Notes: generated by a model from the letters alone, not told the origin. Positions 9,903-18,438 are shown, numbered from the stretch's first letter. The stretch: 64,000 bases of DNA from Actinomycetota bacterium (GCA_036374435.1 DASUTU010000030.1:15539-79538); one strand, 5' to 3'. Translations and numbers: made by a program.

Positions 9903-10004
9903 GTGCCTTCGCTGATCAAGAAGCGCCGCAAGAAGATGCGGAAGAAGAAGCACAAGAAGCTTCTGAAGAAGACCCGCTGGCAGCGGCGCCAACAGGGCCG
10001 CTAG
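9903..10004 (+). CDS. 30S ribosomal protein bS22 (actinobacterial 33-aa basic protein)
   Basis: Not in the ORF track (too short). GTG start preceded by GGAGAGGAA. It encodes VPSLIKKRRKKMRKKKHKKLLKKTRWQRRQQGR, matching the conserved mycobacterial/streptomycete bS22 pattern (..IKKRRKRM.KKKHRKLLR.TR.QRR). Confidence 0.65.
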   Translation: MPSLIKKRRKKMRKKKHKKLLKKTRWQRRQQGR

Positions 10005-10017
10005 GCTCCGTCGCGCC

Positions 10018-10770
10018 ATGTGCGCGTCCCGCCGGCACGTGCTCCGTGAATCCCTCGCCATCCTCCTGGCCCTCTCGGTCCTGGGCGCCGCCTGTGGGGA
10101 CCAGGGGCCGTCGGTCGATCTCGCCGGCACCGAGCAGGTCATGTTCGAGGCCGACGACGGGATTCGGCTCGCCGGGCGACTGTTCGGGGACGGCGAGACG
10201 GCGGTGGTGCTGTCGCACATGCGTCCGGCAGACCAGTCGTCGTGGTTCCGGTTCGCCGATCGTCTGGCGGATGCCGGCTACCTGGTCTTGACCTACAACT
10301 TCCGCGGTTACTGCCCGGGCGGGGACGCCGGCTGTTCGGAGGGCGATCGCGACATCTCCGCCATCTGGCGCGACGTCGTGGGCGCGATCGGGTTCGTTCG
10401 CGCCCGCGGGGCCGCGTCGGTCTCGTTGGTGGGCGCGAGCATGGGCGGCACGGCCTCGCTGGTCGCGGCCGGGCGCGAAGGCGTCCGCGTCGACGCGGTC
10501 GTCACGCTCTCGGCCCCCGCGTCGATCGAGGGCCTCGTGGCCGACTCGGCTCTGCTGGTTCGGGTCGCGGCGGCGAAGTTGTTCATCGCGGGCGTGGGCG
10601 ACGCCCAGGCCGCACGAGACGCCGAGGCCATGTTCGAGCAGTCGCCCCAGCCCAAACGGGTCGAGATCCTGGGGTCCGACGATCACGGGACCGACCTGCT
10701 CACGGGTGGGCAGGGCGAGGTGGTTCGCCGCCTCATCGAGACGGTCCTGAGCCAGCAGGGCGGGCCGTAG
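10018..10770 (+). CDS. Secreted lipoprotein, alpha/beta-hydrolase fold
   Basis: Signal peptide with lipobox LGAAC, and nucleophile elbow GASMGG. Confidence 0.7.
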   Translation: MCASRRHVLRESLAILLALSVLGAACGDQGPSVDLAGTEQVMFEADDGIRLAGRLFGDGETAVVLSHMRPADQSSWFRFADRLADAGYLVLTYNFRGYCPGGDAGCSEGDRDISAIWRDVVGAIGFVRARGAASVSLVGASMGGTASLVAAGREGVRVDAVVTLSAPASIEGLVADSALLVRVAAAKLFIAGVGDAQAARDAEAMFEQSPQPKRVEILGSDDHGTDLLTGGQGEVVRRLIETVLSQQGGP

Positions 10771-10966
10771 GCCCGCGCGTTACGGGCTCCCGGTGACCGT
10801 CGGGAACGGCGTGCCTTCGGTCGGTCCGGGGAACCGATCGCCTCCGCGACCCGCCAGGACGATCTGGTAGACGGCCGCGCCGGTGAGCAAGGCGAACAGG
10901 CAGATCAGGGTGATCAGCGTCCACCTGCGCACGCCGGGAGGCTAACAGCGGGGCCGGAACGGCATC

Positions 10967-10994
10967 GGGGCGGGGTCCTCGCCGACCCCGCCCC
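10967..10994 (-). terminator. GC-rich hairpin (GGGGCGGGG-N10-CCCCGCCCC) just downstream of the S55 peptidase stop
   Basis: Perfect 9-bp inverted repeat 17 nt past the stop codon (complement 11011-11013). No U-tract, as is common in actinobacterial terminators. Confidence 0.35.
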
Positions 10995-11010
10995 AACCGT
11001 CCGTGCGCCG

Positions 11011-12753
11011 TCAAACGACCCTGATGGCGAAGCCGGCCGATCCCCTGACGATCACCTTCTGTGGCAGGACGTGCGTGCGGCCGAACGCGATCACGGTCAG
11101 GTCGTTGCCGTGGGGACCCTGGCTCAGCGCCCAGATCAGCTCGTCGAGGCTACCGGCACCGCCCCCGCGGTTCCGCCCCTTGGACCCGGACAGCCGAACG
11201 CCCTGGGTGCCCTTGGCCCGCTTCGGGACCTTGACCTTCAGGGTCGCCACGACATCGTCGCCGTCCGCCGGGTCGAACGTGACCTCGACCGTCACGATCT
11301 GGCCGGGTCTGGCTTTCACGACGCTCCGCGCCTTCAGCGAGGTCTGGACCGGGCTCGACAGACGGATACGCGAGATCCGGGACGTCAGGTCGTCATCCGT
11401 GATCTCGGCGGTCATGTCGATGCCGGTGAACTCGACGTCCTCGTACCCGTTGAACGCGAGCTCGTACAACGCGTCGCCCATCCGCCCGACGCCGGACGAG
11501 GCGGAGTACCGGTCGAACTCCATGAGCCGGTTGGAGACCGTGAACGGCGAGCCGTCTTCGCGCGTCCCCTCGATCGTCCAGGCGAACCGAAGGGTGCCCG
11601 GGCCATCGCCCTGCCGCACGTACGCCAGGTTCGACCACGCGTGGTACGTCGAGGCATCGGCGACGAACCAGTCCTCGTCCCAGGCGACCTGGGTCTCGCC
11701 GTCTCGAGACAGGCCGGTGTCGGGGCTCGACATCGAGCTCGTCACGGGAACGAGGTGCGGGAACTGCCCGAAGATCCCGGCCACGCCGGCGAAGCCGTCC
11801 CGGGTCAGCTCGCCGCGCAGCCCGCCGAGGGTCCCGATCTTCGACCCCCAGAAGGTGCCGTTGTCCACCGCGATCACGTCGACGGCGTTCATCCCGAGCG
11901 AGACCGACCCGCCGGTCAACATCGGATGGCCGAACCCGATTGCCACGTCTCCGCACACGGCCGTGGTGGTGCCGAACCCGTAGTAGGACACGTCCCCGTA
12001 CGAGAGCCCAACGCCCAGTCCGTCGCCCGGAGCGAACCGGGACGGATCGATCTCGGCCGAAGTCGGCACGCCCACCGAACCGGTTCGATACGGCAAGACC
12101 TGGACGCCCTGTCGGGAGAACGAACGCTCAACCTTGGCCAGAGGGATCCCGGTCAGGCCCGACACCCCGAGCGGAATGGGAAGTGCCTCGAGCGAGGCGG
12201 TCGGTCCGAGGTTCGAGCCGGCCTCCCGGGCGGCCCGCCGGACGTCCGCGGTGAGCGTCACCCGTTCGGGCGCACGCGTCACCTGGCCGGCCCCCGCCAA
12301 CGAGAACAGAGAGACCATGTCCTCGGCGGCGGTCATGCCGAAGATCTGGCGATCCTCCGCGATGGCCCAGGCCACGGCGCCGGCGAGCCGGTCGTTGATG
12401 TAGACGGGCGAACCGGACATGCCGGCCACCGCTCCGCCGGTGACGTTCACGAACGACGCCGGACCGGTGATCTTGGCGGCGACCACGTCGATCCCCAGGA
12501 AGATCGCGTCGGGAAGGATCCCGAGGATCTCGACGTCGAACGCGACGAGCTCGGTGCCCTGGATGACCGTGTAGCCGGTGCCGTGCATCCCGCGAGTCAT
12601 CTGGCTCGTCGGGAAGGTCTGCGGCGGGTTCGAGCACGGGACCGCGGCCGGGGCGGCTCCGGACCAGAGCCCCGTCGAGGCCAGAGCGATCGCCAGAGCC
12701 GTTGCCACGGCAAGACTGCTTCTGCGGCCGGAGCCGCGCCTGCGGATGAACAT
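11011..12753 (-). CDS. Secreted SpoIVB-type serine peptidase (S55) domain protein
   Basis: N-terminal signal peptide (start taken at MFIRRRGSGRRSSLAVATALA). AGMSGSPVYINDRLAGAVAWAI matches the SpoIVB catalytic-Ser block GMSGSPII..GAVTHV. Confidence 0.65.
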   Translation of the reverse strand: MFIRRRGSGRRSSLAVATALAIALASTGLWSGAAPAAVPCSNPPQTFPTSQMTRGMHGTGYTVIQGTELVAFDVEILGILPDAIFLGIDVVAAKITGPASFVNVTGGAVAGMSGSPVYINDRLAGAVAWAIAEDRQIFGMTAAEDMVSLFSLAGAGQVTRAPERVTLTADVRRAAREAGSNLGPTASLEALPIPLGVSGLTGIPLAKVERSFSRQGVQVLPYRTGSVGVPTSAEIDPSRFAPGDGLGVGLSYGDVSYYGFGTTTAVCGDVAIGFGHPMLTGGSVSLGMNAVDVIAVDNGTFWGSKIGTLGGLRGELTRDGFAGVAGIFGQFPHLVPVTSSMSSPDTGLSRDGETQVAWDEDWFVADASTYHAWSNLAYVRQGDGPGTLRFAWTIEGTREDGSPFTVSNRLMEFDRYSASSGVGRMGDALYELAFNGYEDVEFTGIDMTAEITDDDLTSRISRIRLSSPVQTSLKARSVVKARPGQIVTVEVTFDPADGDDVVATLKVKVPKRAKGTQGVRLSGSKGRNRGGGAGSLDELIWALSQGPHGNDLTVIAFGRTHVLPQKVIVRGSAGFAIRVV

Positions 12754-12876
12754 GATGAGCCTCCCCCTGTGGGCCGGCGCACGGATGCTAGTCCTCTGAC
12801 GCTTCGAAAAGGAGGTCCGTTCCACCCACGGTGAACGGGTATTCCCGGGCGACCGCCGCTCTGGTGTGCCGAACGC

Positions 12877-13686
12877 CTACGTCACGAGCGGGAACCGGGC
12901 GGCGCAGAACTCCCGATTCCGGGAAAGGGCCTCGCGCAGGGCTTCGACGTCACCCTGATGCCGCCGGAGATCGAGCTCCAATGAGACGGTGCCGGTGTAA
13001 CCGGCGGCCGCGAGGTTCTCCAGGAACGGCTCGAGAGGCAAGATGCCTTCGCCGAGCGGAAGATGCGAGTCCCACCCCTTGCCCGGGTTGTCCGAGAGGT
13101 GGACGTGGGCGATCCGGCCGCGGAGGGCGTCCAGCACCTCGAGCAGGTCGAGGCCCGCTACCGAGGCGTGGCTCGTGTCCAGGACCACGTGGTCGAAGCC
13201 GTCCAGGTCGGCCAGCGTGGTGACCGCGTGGAACGCCACGCGCCGCCCTCGAACGTGGACCGGGAACATGTTCTCGACCCCCACGACCACCGGGGTGGAC
13301 TCGGCGAACGCGGAGAGCTCCTCGCGCACCCACCGGCGATACCGGGACTGCCATCGGAACGGTGGGTGGACCACCACCAGGGGCGCGCCCACCTCCTCGG
13401 CCAGCTCCACCGCTCGGTGGATCTTGCCGACCGGGTCCGTGCCCCAGACGGTCCGGGTCACCAGCAGGAACGGCGCGTGGAGGGCGTCGATCCGAACGCC
13501 GTGGTCCTCGGCGAGCTCGCGAAGCCGCTGCGGATCACGGGTGTCGGGGTCCTTCGTCACCATGACCTCGACCCCGGAGAACCCCGCCCCGGCGATGAGT
13601 CCGAAGGCATCCGGCAGCGACAACGAGAACACGCTGACGGTCGAGCAAGCGAGCCGCGGTCCGCGGGTCGATGGGGGAGGCGTCAC
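12877..13686 (-). CDS. Sugar phosphate isomerase/epimerase (xylose-isomerase-like TIM barrel)
   Basis: 269 aa; VENMFP..HVHLSDN..LELD motifs are typical of the AP-endonuclease-2 / xylose-isomerase-like fold. Confidence 0.7.
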   Translation of the reverse strand: MTPPPSTRGPRLACSTVSVFSLSLPDAFGLIAGAGFSGVEVMVTKDPDTRDPQRLRELAEDHGVRIDALHAPFLLVTRTVWGTDPVGKIHRAVELAEEVGAPLVVVHPPFRWQSRYRRWVREELSAFAESTPVVVGVENMFPVHVRGRRVAFHAVTTLADLDGFDHVVLDTSHASVAGLDLLEVLDALRGRIAHVHLSDNPGKGWDSHLPLGEGILPLEPFLENLAAAGYTGTVSLELDLRRHQGDVEALREALSRNREFCAARFPLVT

Positions 13687-13748
13687 TCGGGGCGATGCTA
13701 ACAGCGCCCGCCCGCCGGCCGGCCGCTCGGCGTCGATATGCTGCCGCC

Positions 13749-14462
13749 CGCATGTGGCTGTTCCCGACGCTGGCGGCGGTGGTGGCGGCGGCGTTCGCGG
13801 CGCTCCTGGCCCGCCAGTTCGCGCAGCGGCGACGGTCCTACCAGGCGATCTGGGCCGTCGCCCTCCTGATGTACGCGGTCGCCTCGGTCTCGGTCGCGCT
13901 CGGCGCGGCCGACGGGTGGACCTCCGGCGAGTTCCGCGTGTACTGGGCCCTCGGGGCGGTGCTGAACGTGCCGTTCCTGGCGCAGGGAGAGCTCGACTTG
14001 CTGATCCGGACGCCCGCCGTCCGGTTCGCCCTGTACGTGGTCCTGGTCTTCGTGACCGCGTACACCATCGCGGTGGTTCGGACGGCTCCGGTCGACGGGG
14101 CGGCCCTGGGGCAAGACCTGCCGTCTGGCCGGGAGGTCTTCGGCGACGGCTCCTCGGCGTATCGGCTCCCCCGGATCATCTCGACGCCGGCGTACCTCGT
14201 GCTGCTGGGCGGGGCGCTCTGGTCGGCGTGGCGGATGCGAGGACGCCCGGCGCTCCGCGACCGCTTCTGGGGGACCCTCCTCATCGCGCTGGGGGCCACG
14301 GTGATCGCCGGGTTCGGTTCCGCGTTCGCCGCCCTGGGGCACCTGTTGCCGTTCTCGCTGTCGCTGCTTGCGGGGATCGCGGTGATGTTCGCCGGGTTCC
14401 TTCGGGCGTCCCGGCCGGGGAGTCGCACGCCGTCGGAGCCCGCGACCCAGGCGGCGAGTTAG
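13749..14462 (+). CDS. Integral membrane protein, function unknown
   Basis: About 6 predicted TM helices. Start taken at MWLFPTLAAV within ORF 13671..14462. Confidence 0.5.
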   Translation, partial: RMWLFPTLAAVVAAAFAALLARQFAQRRRSYQAIWAVALLMYAVASVSVALGAADGWTSGEFRVYWALGAVLNVPFLAQGELDLLIRTPAVRFALYVVLVFVTAYTIAVVRTAPVDGAALGQDLPSGREVFGDGSSAYRLPRIISTPAYLVLLGGALWSAWRMRGRPALRDRFWGTLLIALGATVIAGFGSAFAALGHLLPFSLSLLAGIAVMFAGFLRASRPGSRTPSEPATQAAS

Positions 14463-15205
14463 GCGAGCTCCGCCCTCCAGGACCGGCCCGCGGTGCTCGG
14501 GGCGGCCGGCGGCCCGCCCACGCGTTCTTCGGTGATCCAGACCTCGTCGAACCGCGACACGTCCACCGTGAGCTTGATCAACACCTTCCCACCGCTCGGG
14601 ACGAACATCTCTCCCACCGGGGTGAACGCGCCGTCGCGGCCCAGCCAGAGCTGGTACGCGTGTCCGGGGCGAGGTTCGGGACAGACCGAGGCGACCAGGT
14701 ACAGCCGGCGAACGTCCGGGGCCGCCGCGGCCACGAACCCCGAGCCGGCCGGAGCTTCCCCCTGCGGGTCCAGGGAGACCGGTTCCACGTCGGGCGAGCG
14801 CATGAGCGAGATCAGCTCCAGGGCCAGGGTGCGCTCGTCCTCGGCCTGGCTCGCCCGGTTCATCGACAGGAACGAGAGCCCACCCATCGCCACGAGGGCG
14901 ACGATCCCAGCCGCCAGGGCCACGGACGATCCCCGGCCGGCCCGTGGGCTCGGGCCGATGTCCTCCTCCAGGCGTCGCCGGATCCTGGCCCAGACCAGGT
15001 CGGGCGCGGAGACCGGCTCGGCGTCGAGGGCGAGGTCCCCGGCGACCGAACGCAGGTCGGCGAGCATCTGGCGACAGGACGGGCAGGAGGGCACGTGGTC
15101 GGCCAGGAGCCGATCGGCCTCGACGGCGTCCGCGTCCGAGAGCGACCGGAGCGTGTATCCGGCGAGCAGCTCCTCGATCCGTTCGTGCTCCTGCTCCAAG
15201 CTCAT
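14459..15205 (-). CDS. Membrane-spanning zinc-binding (ZAS, HxxxCxxC) anti-sigma factor
   Basis: N-terminal HVPSCPSCRQ motif and a single TM helix (ALAAGIVALVAMGGLSF), followed by a C-terminal extracytoplasmic domain. ATGA-coupled to the upstream ECF sigma gene. Confidence 0.7.
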   Translation of the reverse strand: MSLEQEHERIEELLAGYTLRSLSDADAVEADRLLADHVPSCPSCRQMLADLRSVAGDLALDAEPVSAPDLVWARIRRRLEEDIGPSPRAGRGSSVALAAGIVALVAMGGLSFLSMNRASQAEDERTLALELISLMRSPDVEPVSLDPQGEAPAGSGFVAAAAPDVRRLYLVASVCPEPRPGHAYQLWLGRDGAFTPVGEMFVPSGGKVLIKLTVDVSRFDEVWITEERVGGPPAAPSTAGRSWRAELA

Positions 15206-15768
15206 TCCTCCGCGGGAAGGGCGCGCCGCAGCTTGCGCATGGCGGCGAGCGTTCGCGTCTTGACCGTTCCGAGCGGGATCCCGAGGGCCTCGGCGATCCG
15301 ACTCTGTGTGTAGCCGCCGAAGTATGCCAGCTCGACCACCTGCCGCTGCTCGGCGGGGAGCGTCGTCAGGGCTTCCCGGACCTGCTTCCTGCGGATCGCG
15401 AGGTACGAACCCTCAACGACGTCGTCTGCAACATCTTCGCCACGAACGGGCTCGAGGTTCGAGGCTCGTTCCCCTCGCCGGCGCATCCGCTCCTCGCGCC
15501 GCACGGCGTCCACGGCCCGGTGGTGCACCAGCGACAGGAAGAACGATCGGAACGCCCCACGGGCCGGGTCGAACGCCTCGGGCGCCCGCCACATGGCGAG
15601 GAAGGCGTCCTGGACGACCTCCTGCGCCAGGGCCTCCTGCGCCGTGATCCGCAGCGCGAGCCCATACGCGGCGTCCCCGTATCGTCGGTAGAGCTCCTCG
15701 AACGCGTCCCGGTCGCCGGCGGACAGGCGCCGGTGCAGACCGAGGTCGTGGAGGTCGTCGTTCGACAC
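15202..15768 (-). CDS. ECF (sigma-70 family) RNA polymerase sigma factor
   Basis: Region 2 (AYGLALRITAQEALAQEVVQDAFLAMW) and region 4 (LAYFGGYTQSRIAEALGIPLGTVKTR). Confidence 0.85.
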   Translation of the reverse strand: MSNDDLHDLGLHRRLSAGDRDAFEELYRRYGDAAYGLALRITAQEALAQEVVQDAFLAMWRAPEAFDPARGAFRSFFLSLVHHRAVDAVRREERMRRRGERASNLEPVRGEDVADDVVEGSYLAIRRKQVREALTTLPAEQRQVVELAYFGGYTQSRIAEALGIPLGTVKTRTLAAMRKLRRALPAEE

Positions 15769-15818
15769 GGCGCCTTCCTACCACGACCACCTGAGGGGGC
15801 CGTTAGGATGCCCGGCCG

Positions 15819-16070
15819 ATGCCAGCCGTGCGGCGCGTGGTGATGTACTCCCGGCCGGGGTGCGGCCTGTGCGACGAGGCCCGCGAGGTCATCTTGGCCG
15901 AGCGCTCCCGGGCCCCGTTCGAGTTCGAGGAGGTCGACGTCAGCGGGGACGACCGGCTGGAGCTCGAGTACGGCATCCGGATCCCGGTCGTGCTCATCGA
16001 CGGCGAGGAGGAGTTCGAGATCCGGGTGGACCCGCGGGCGCTCTCCCAGGTCCTGGACCGTTCGAGTTGA
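15819..16070 (+). CDS. Glutaredoxin-like / NrdH-like redoxin
   Basis: 83 aa; VMYSRPGCGLCDEAREVIL (CxxC) in a thioredoxin fold. Divergent from the sigma/anti-sigma pair. Confidence 0.7.
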   Translation: MPAVRRVVMYSRPGCGLCDEAREVILAERSRAPFEFEEVDVSGDDRLELEYGIRIPVVLIDGEEEFEIRVDPRALSQVLDRSS

Positions 16071-16104
16071 GGCCGTCTCGGGCGCATCGCGCCGAGCTCG
16101 TGCA

Positions 16105-16125
16105 TTCGTGAACGCATTTCACGAA
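16105..16125. promoter_or_regulatory. Rex-like operator variant (TTCGTGAAcgcaTTTCACGAA) 14 nt upstream of rex; probable autoregulation
   Basis: Imperfect palindrome with TCGTGA / TCACGA half-sites, with one extra spacer nucleotide relative to the canonical 6-6-6 arrangement. Confidence 0.35.
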
Positions 16126-16139
16126 GGCACTATCATCCC

Positions 16140-16841
16140 GTGGTTGTGACGGATCGGCCCATCCCGGAGGCCACGGTGAGCCGTCTGCCCGTCTACCTGC
16201 GGGCCCTGCTCGAGCTTGCCGAGGCGGGGGGCTCCACGGTCTCCTCGGGGGATCTCGCCGTTGGCACCGGCGTGAACTCGGCGAAGGTCCGCAAGGACCT
16301 GTCCCACCTTGGCTCCTACGGGACGCGAGGCGTTGGGTACGACGTCGCATACCTCATCCATCAGATCCGCCGCGAGCTCGGGCTCACGCAGCACTGGCCG
16401 ATCGTGATCGCCGGGATCGGGAACCTCGGGCACGCGCTCGCCAACTACAAAGGATTCGCCGAGCGTGGGTTCCGGGCGGCGGCGCTCGTCGACAACGACC
16501 CGGCCAAGATCGGCGAGGTGGTGGGAGAGCTCCGCATCCGCCCGATCGAGCACCTCGGCGACATCGCCCGCGAGCACGACGCGCTGATCGGAGTGATCGC
16601 CACCCCGGCCTCGGCCGCCCAGCAGGTGGCCGAGGCGATGGTCGAGGCGGGGATCCACTCCATCCTCAACTTCGCCCCCGCCGCGATCGTCGTGCCCGAA
16701 AGCGTCTCGGTGCGCAAGGTCGACCTGGCGGTGGAGCTTCAGATCTTGACGTACTACGAGCAGAGGAAGGCGGCGCTGGCCGAGGTGCGTCGCGGGGGGA
16801 GCCGCGAGGGGGTGCGCCCGGTGGCTACTTCGCGATCGTGA
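16140..16841 (+). CDS. rex: Redox-sensing transcriptional repressor Rex
   Basis: RLPVYLRALLELAEAG winged helix, plus a Rossmann NADH-binding domain (IAGIGNLGHALANY). Confidence 0.9.
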   Translation: MVVTDRPIPEATVSRLPVYLRALLELAEAGGSTVSSGDLAVGTGVNSAKVRKDLSHLGSYGTRGVGYDVAYLIHQIRRELGLTQHWPIVIAGIGNLGHALANYKGFAERGFRAAALVDNDPAKIGEVVGELRIRPIEHLGDIAREHDALIGVIATPASAAQQVAEAMVEAGIHSILNFAPAAIVVPESVSVRKVDLAVELQILTYYEQRKAALAEVRRGGSREGVRPVATSRS

Positions 16842-16938
16842 ACCAGAGCGCGATGAACACCACCAGGACCATGATGCCGAACAGGATGAACTGCACCGAA
16901 CCCTGGTCGATCAGCCGCGCCGTCTCCTGAGCCAGCAT
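16825..16938 (-). CDS. Possible 37-aa hydrophobic peptide (MLAQETARLIDQGSVQFILFGIMVLVVFIALWFTIAK)
   Basis: ATG 16 nt after the stop of the 3-TM gene and preceded by AACGGAGGGGAACGA (SD). It has a single TM helix and overlaps the 3' end of rex convergently. Not in the ORF track. Confidence 0.3.
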   Translation of the reverse strand: MLAQETARLIDQGSVQFILFGIMVLVVFIALWFTIAK

Positions 16939-16954
16939 TCGTTCCCCTCCGTTC

Positions 16955-17701
16955 TCAGGCCGGTCCGTACCAGGGCGGGGCCGTCCCGCCGGTCAAGATC
17001 TCCTTGCGCCTGCGCTCGGCGCGGTCGAGCAGCGGGAGGTGGATGGCCAGCCCCACCGCGGACCCGATCAGGAACATCCACGAGTACCGGTCCACGCTTC
17101 CCGAGTCATGCCGCATGAGGAGGGTCACGCGGGGCCCTCCGCCCGTGAAGTACCCCTGCGCCGCAGCCAGCGAGACGTCCTCCGCGGTGGCGAACCGGAT
17201 CTGCTCGATCGCGAAGTCGCTCGTCTGCAGGGCACCTGGCTCGTGGACGCCCAGTCCGAGGTCCTCGTTCGCCCGCTCCGCGAGGAACCCCTGGGCGGCG
17301 GTCGTCACGCTCTGGACCGATGCGCTGTCCGCGTTGTTCGAACCGGGAGCTCGCCACTCCTGCCCGTCGGGGTAGGTGGCGTAGGCGTCGTAGACCGGCT
17401 CCGGGTCGGTGCCGACGGACTCGACCACCCACGCGGGCTCGGCGCCTCGAGGGCCGAGGTTCACGGGGGTGTCCAGGCCCTGGCTGACCCAGAACCCGGT
17501 GAGCCAGATGAACGAAATGATGAACATCCATCCGAAGAAGCCCACCGCCAGAACGAGGTACCCCATCCGCCTGCCGAAGACCGCCGAGAGCAGCAGCAGG
17601 ACGCTGCCGACGAACAGGACGAACCCGAGGACGGTGGCCAGGCCGCCCTTCAGGAGCGTCTCGCAGGGAATCTCGAACCCGACGCACGTCTGGGCGAGCA
17701 T
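16955..17701 (-). CDS. Membrane protein (3 TM) of unknown function, last large gene of the bc-complex operon
   Basis: Start moved to MLAQTCVGFEIPCETLLKGG (ATG overlaps the cytochrome c stop, TGATG). The first 123 aa of ORF 16955..18070 are low-complexity read-through. Confidence 0.55.
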   Translation of the reverse strand: MLAQTCVGFEIPCETLLKGGLATVLGFVLFVGSVLLLLSAVFGRRMGYLVLAVGFFGWMFIISFIWLTGFWVSQGLDTPVNLGPRGAEPAWVVESVGTDPEPVYDAYATYPDGQEWRAPGSNNADSASVQSVTTAAQGFLAERANEDLGLGVHEPGALQTSDFAIEQIRFATAEDVSLAAAQGYFTGGGPRVTLLMRHDSGSVDRYSWMFLIGSAVGLAIHLPLLDRAERRRKEILTGGTAPPWYGPA

Positions 17702-18438
17702 CAGACTTGCGCCTCCGGGTTGTCCGTGGCCGGCGGCTTGTCCGGGAACTCCTCGTCGGCCTGCGTCTGCGCGTCGGGGTTGGTGCACACGTTCTGCTCG
17801 GCCGGCACCTGCTCCTCGTCCTGGATGCTCACGAGGTACGCCACGATGTCGTTGATCTGCTGCTCGTTCAGGGCCCCCTCGTAGCGAACGCTCCACGACG
17901 GCATCAGGCCCCGCCCCTGCTCGATCGTCGTGTAGATGTCGGCCAGGCGGTGGATCGCCGGGTGGCCGGTGAACGGGCCCCCACACACCGTGGTGAGGTT
18001 CGGCACCTGGATCGGAGTGTTCGTCTCCGTGTTGAGGATCACGCCGCCGGTCAGGTCGTCCCCGTGACACTGGACGCAGCCCACGCCGGACTGGTTCTCC
18101 TCGGTGAACAGCTCGACGGCGTGACGTCCGCGCTCGATCGCGCTGTCGGTGACCTCTCGTTCCTGCGTGAGGTTGACGTTCGGCTCGAACAGCCAGACCA
18201 CCGGGACCCAGATCACGAAGAACACGACCATCAAGACGCCCCAGCCCTGCAGCTTCTGGAGCAGGGGGGTCTCGAGATCGGCGTCGGAGGGACCCGGACG
18301 CATCCCATGCGGGACGTCCGGCGGCGGAACGACACCCGGACGGCGGCCACGCAGGAGCAGGACGGCGCCGGCGACGGCGACGACGACGGCGCCGCCGATG
18401 GCGAGGATGACCGCCTGCGCCGGGCTGATCGCGATCAC
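17701..18438 (-). CDS. Membrane-anchored mono-heme cytochrome c
   Basis: Two N-terminal TM helices, then a single CxxCH (GCVQCHGDD). Confidence 0.8.
   Translation of the reverse strand: MIAISPAQAVILAIGGAVVVAVAGAVLLLRGRRPGVVPPPDVPHGMRPGPSDADLETPLLQKLQGWGVLMVVFFVIWVPVVWLFEPNVNLTQEREVTDSAIERGRHAVELFTEENQSGVGCVQCHGDDLTGGVILNTETNTPIQVPNLTTVCGGPFTGHPAIHRLADIYTTIEQGRGLMPSWSVRYEGALNEQQINDIVAYLVSIQDEEQVPAEQNVCTNPDAQTQADEEFPDKPPATDNPEAQV

Noticed and set aside
10761-10776. Short hairpin CGGGCC-gta-GGCCCG overlapping the lipoprotein gene stop codon
   Set aside because: Only a 6-bp stem with no U-tract; too weak to call a terminator.
10780-10932. 51-codon minus-strand ORF (VRRWTLITLICLFALLTGAAVYQ...) between the lipoprotein hydrolase and S55 peptidase genes
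   Set aside because: It has a hydrophobic N-terminus but no Shine-Dalgarno and only a GTG start. It lies between a gene end and a terminator-like hairpin, which is insufficient support.
12790-12815. CCGTTC-N10-GAACGG inverted repeat downstream of the isomerase gene
   Set aside because: Short stem, with the weak half of a possible terminator; not distinguishable from chance in GC-rich DNA.
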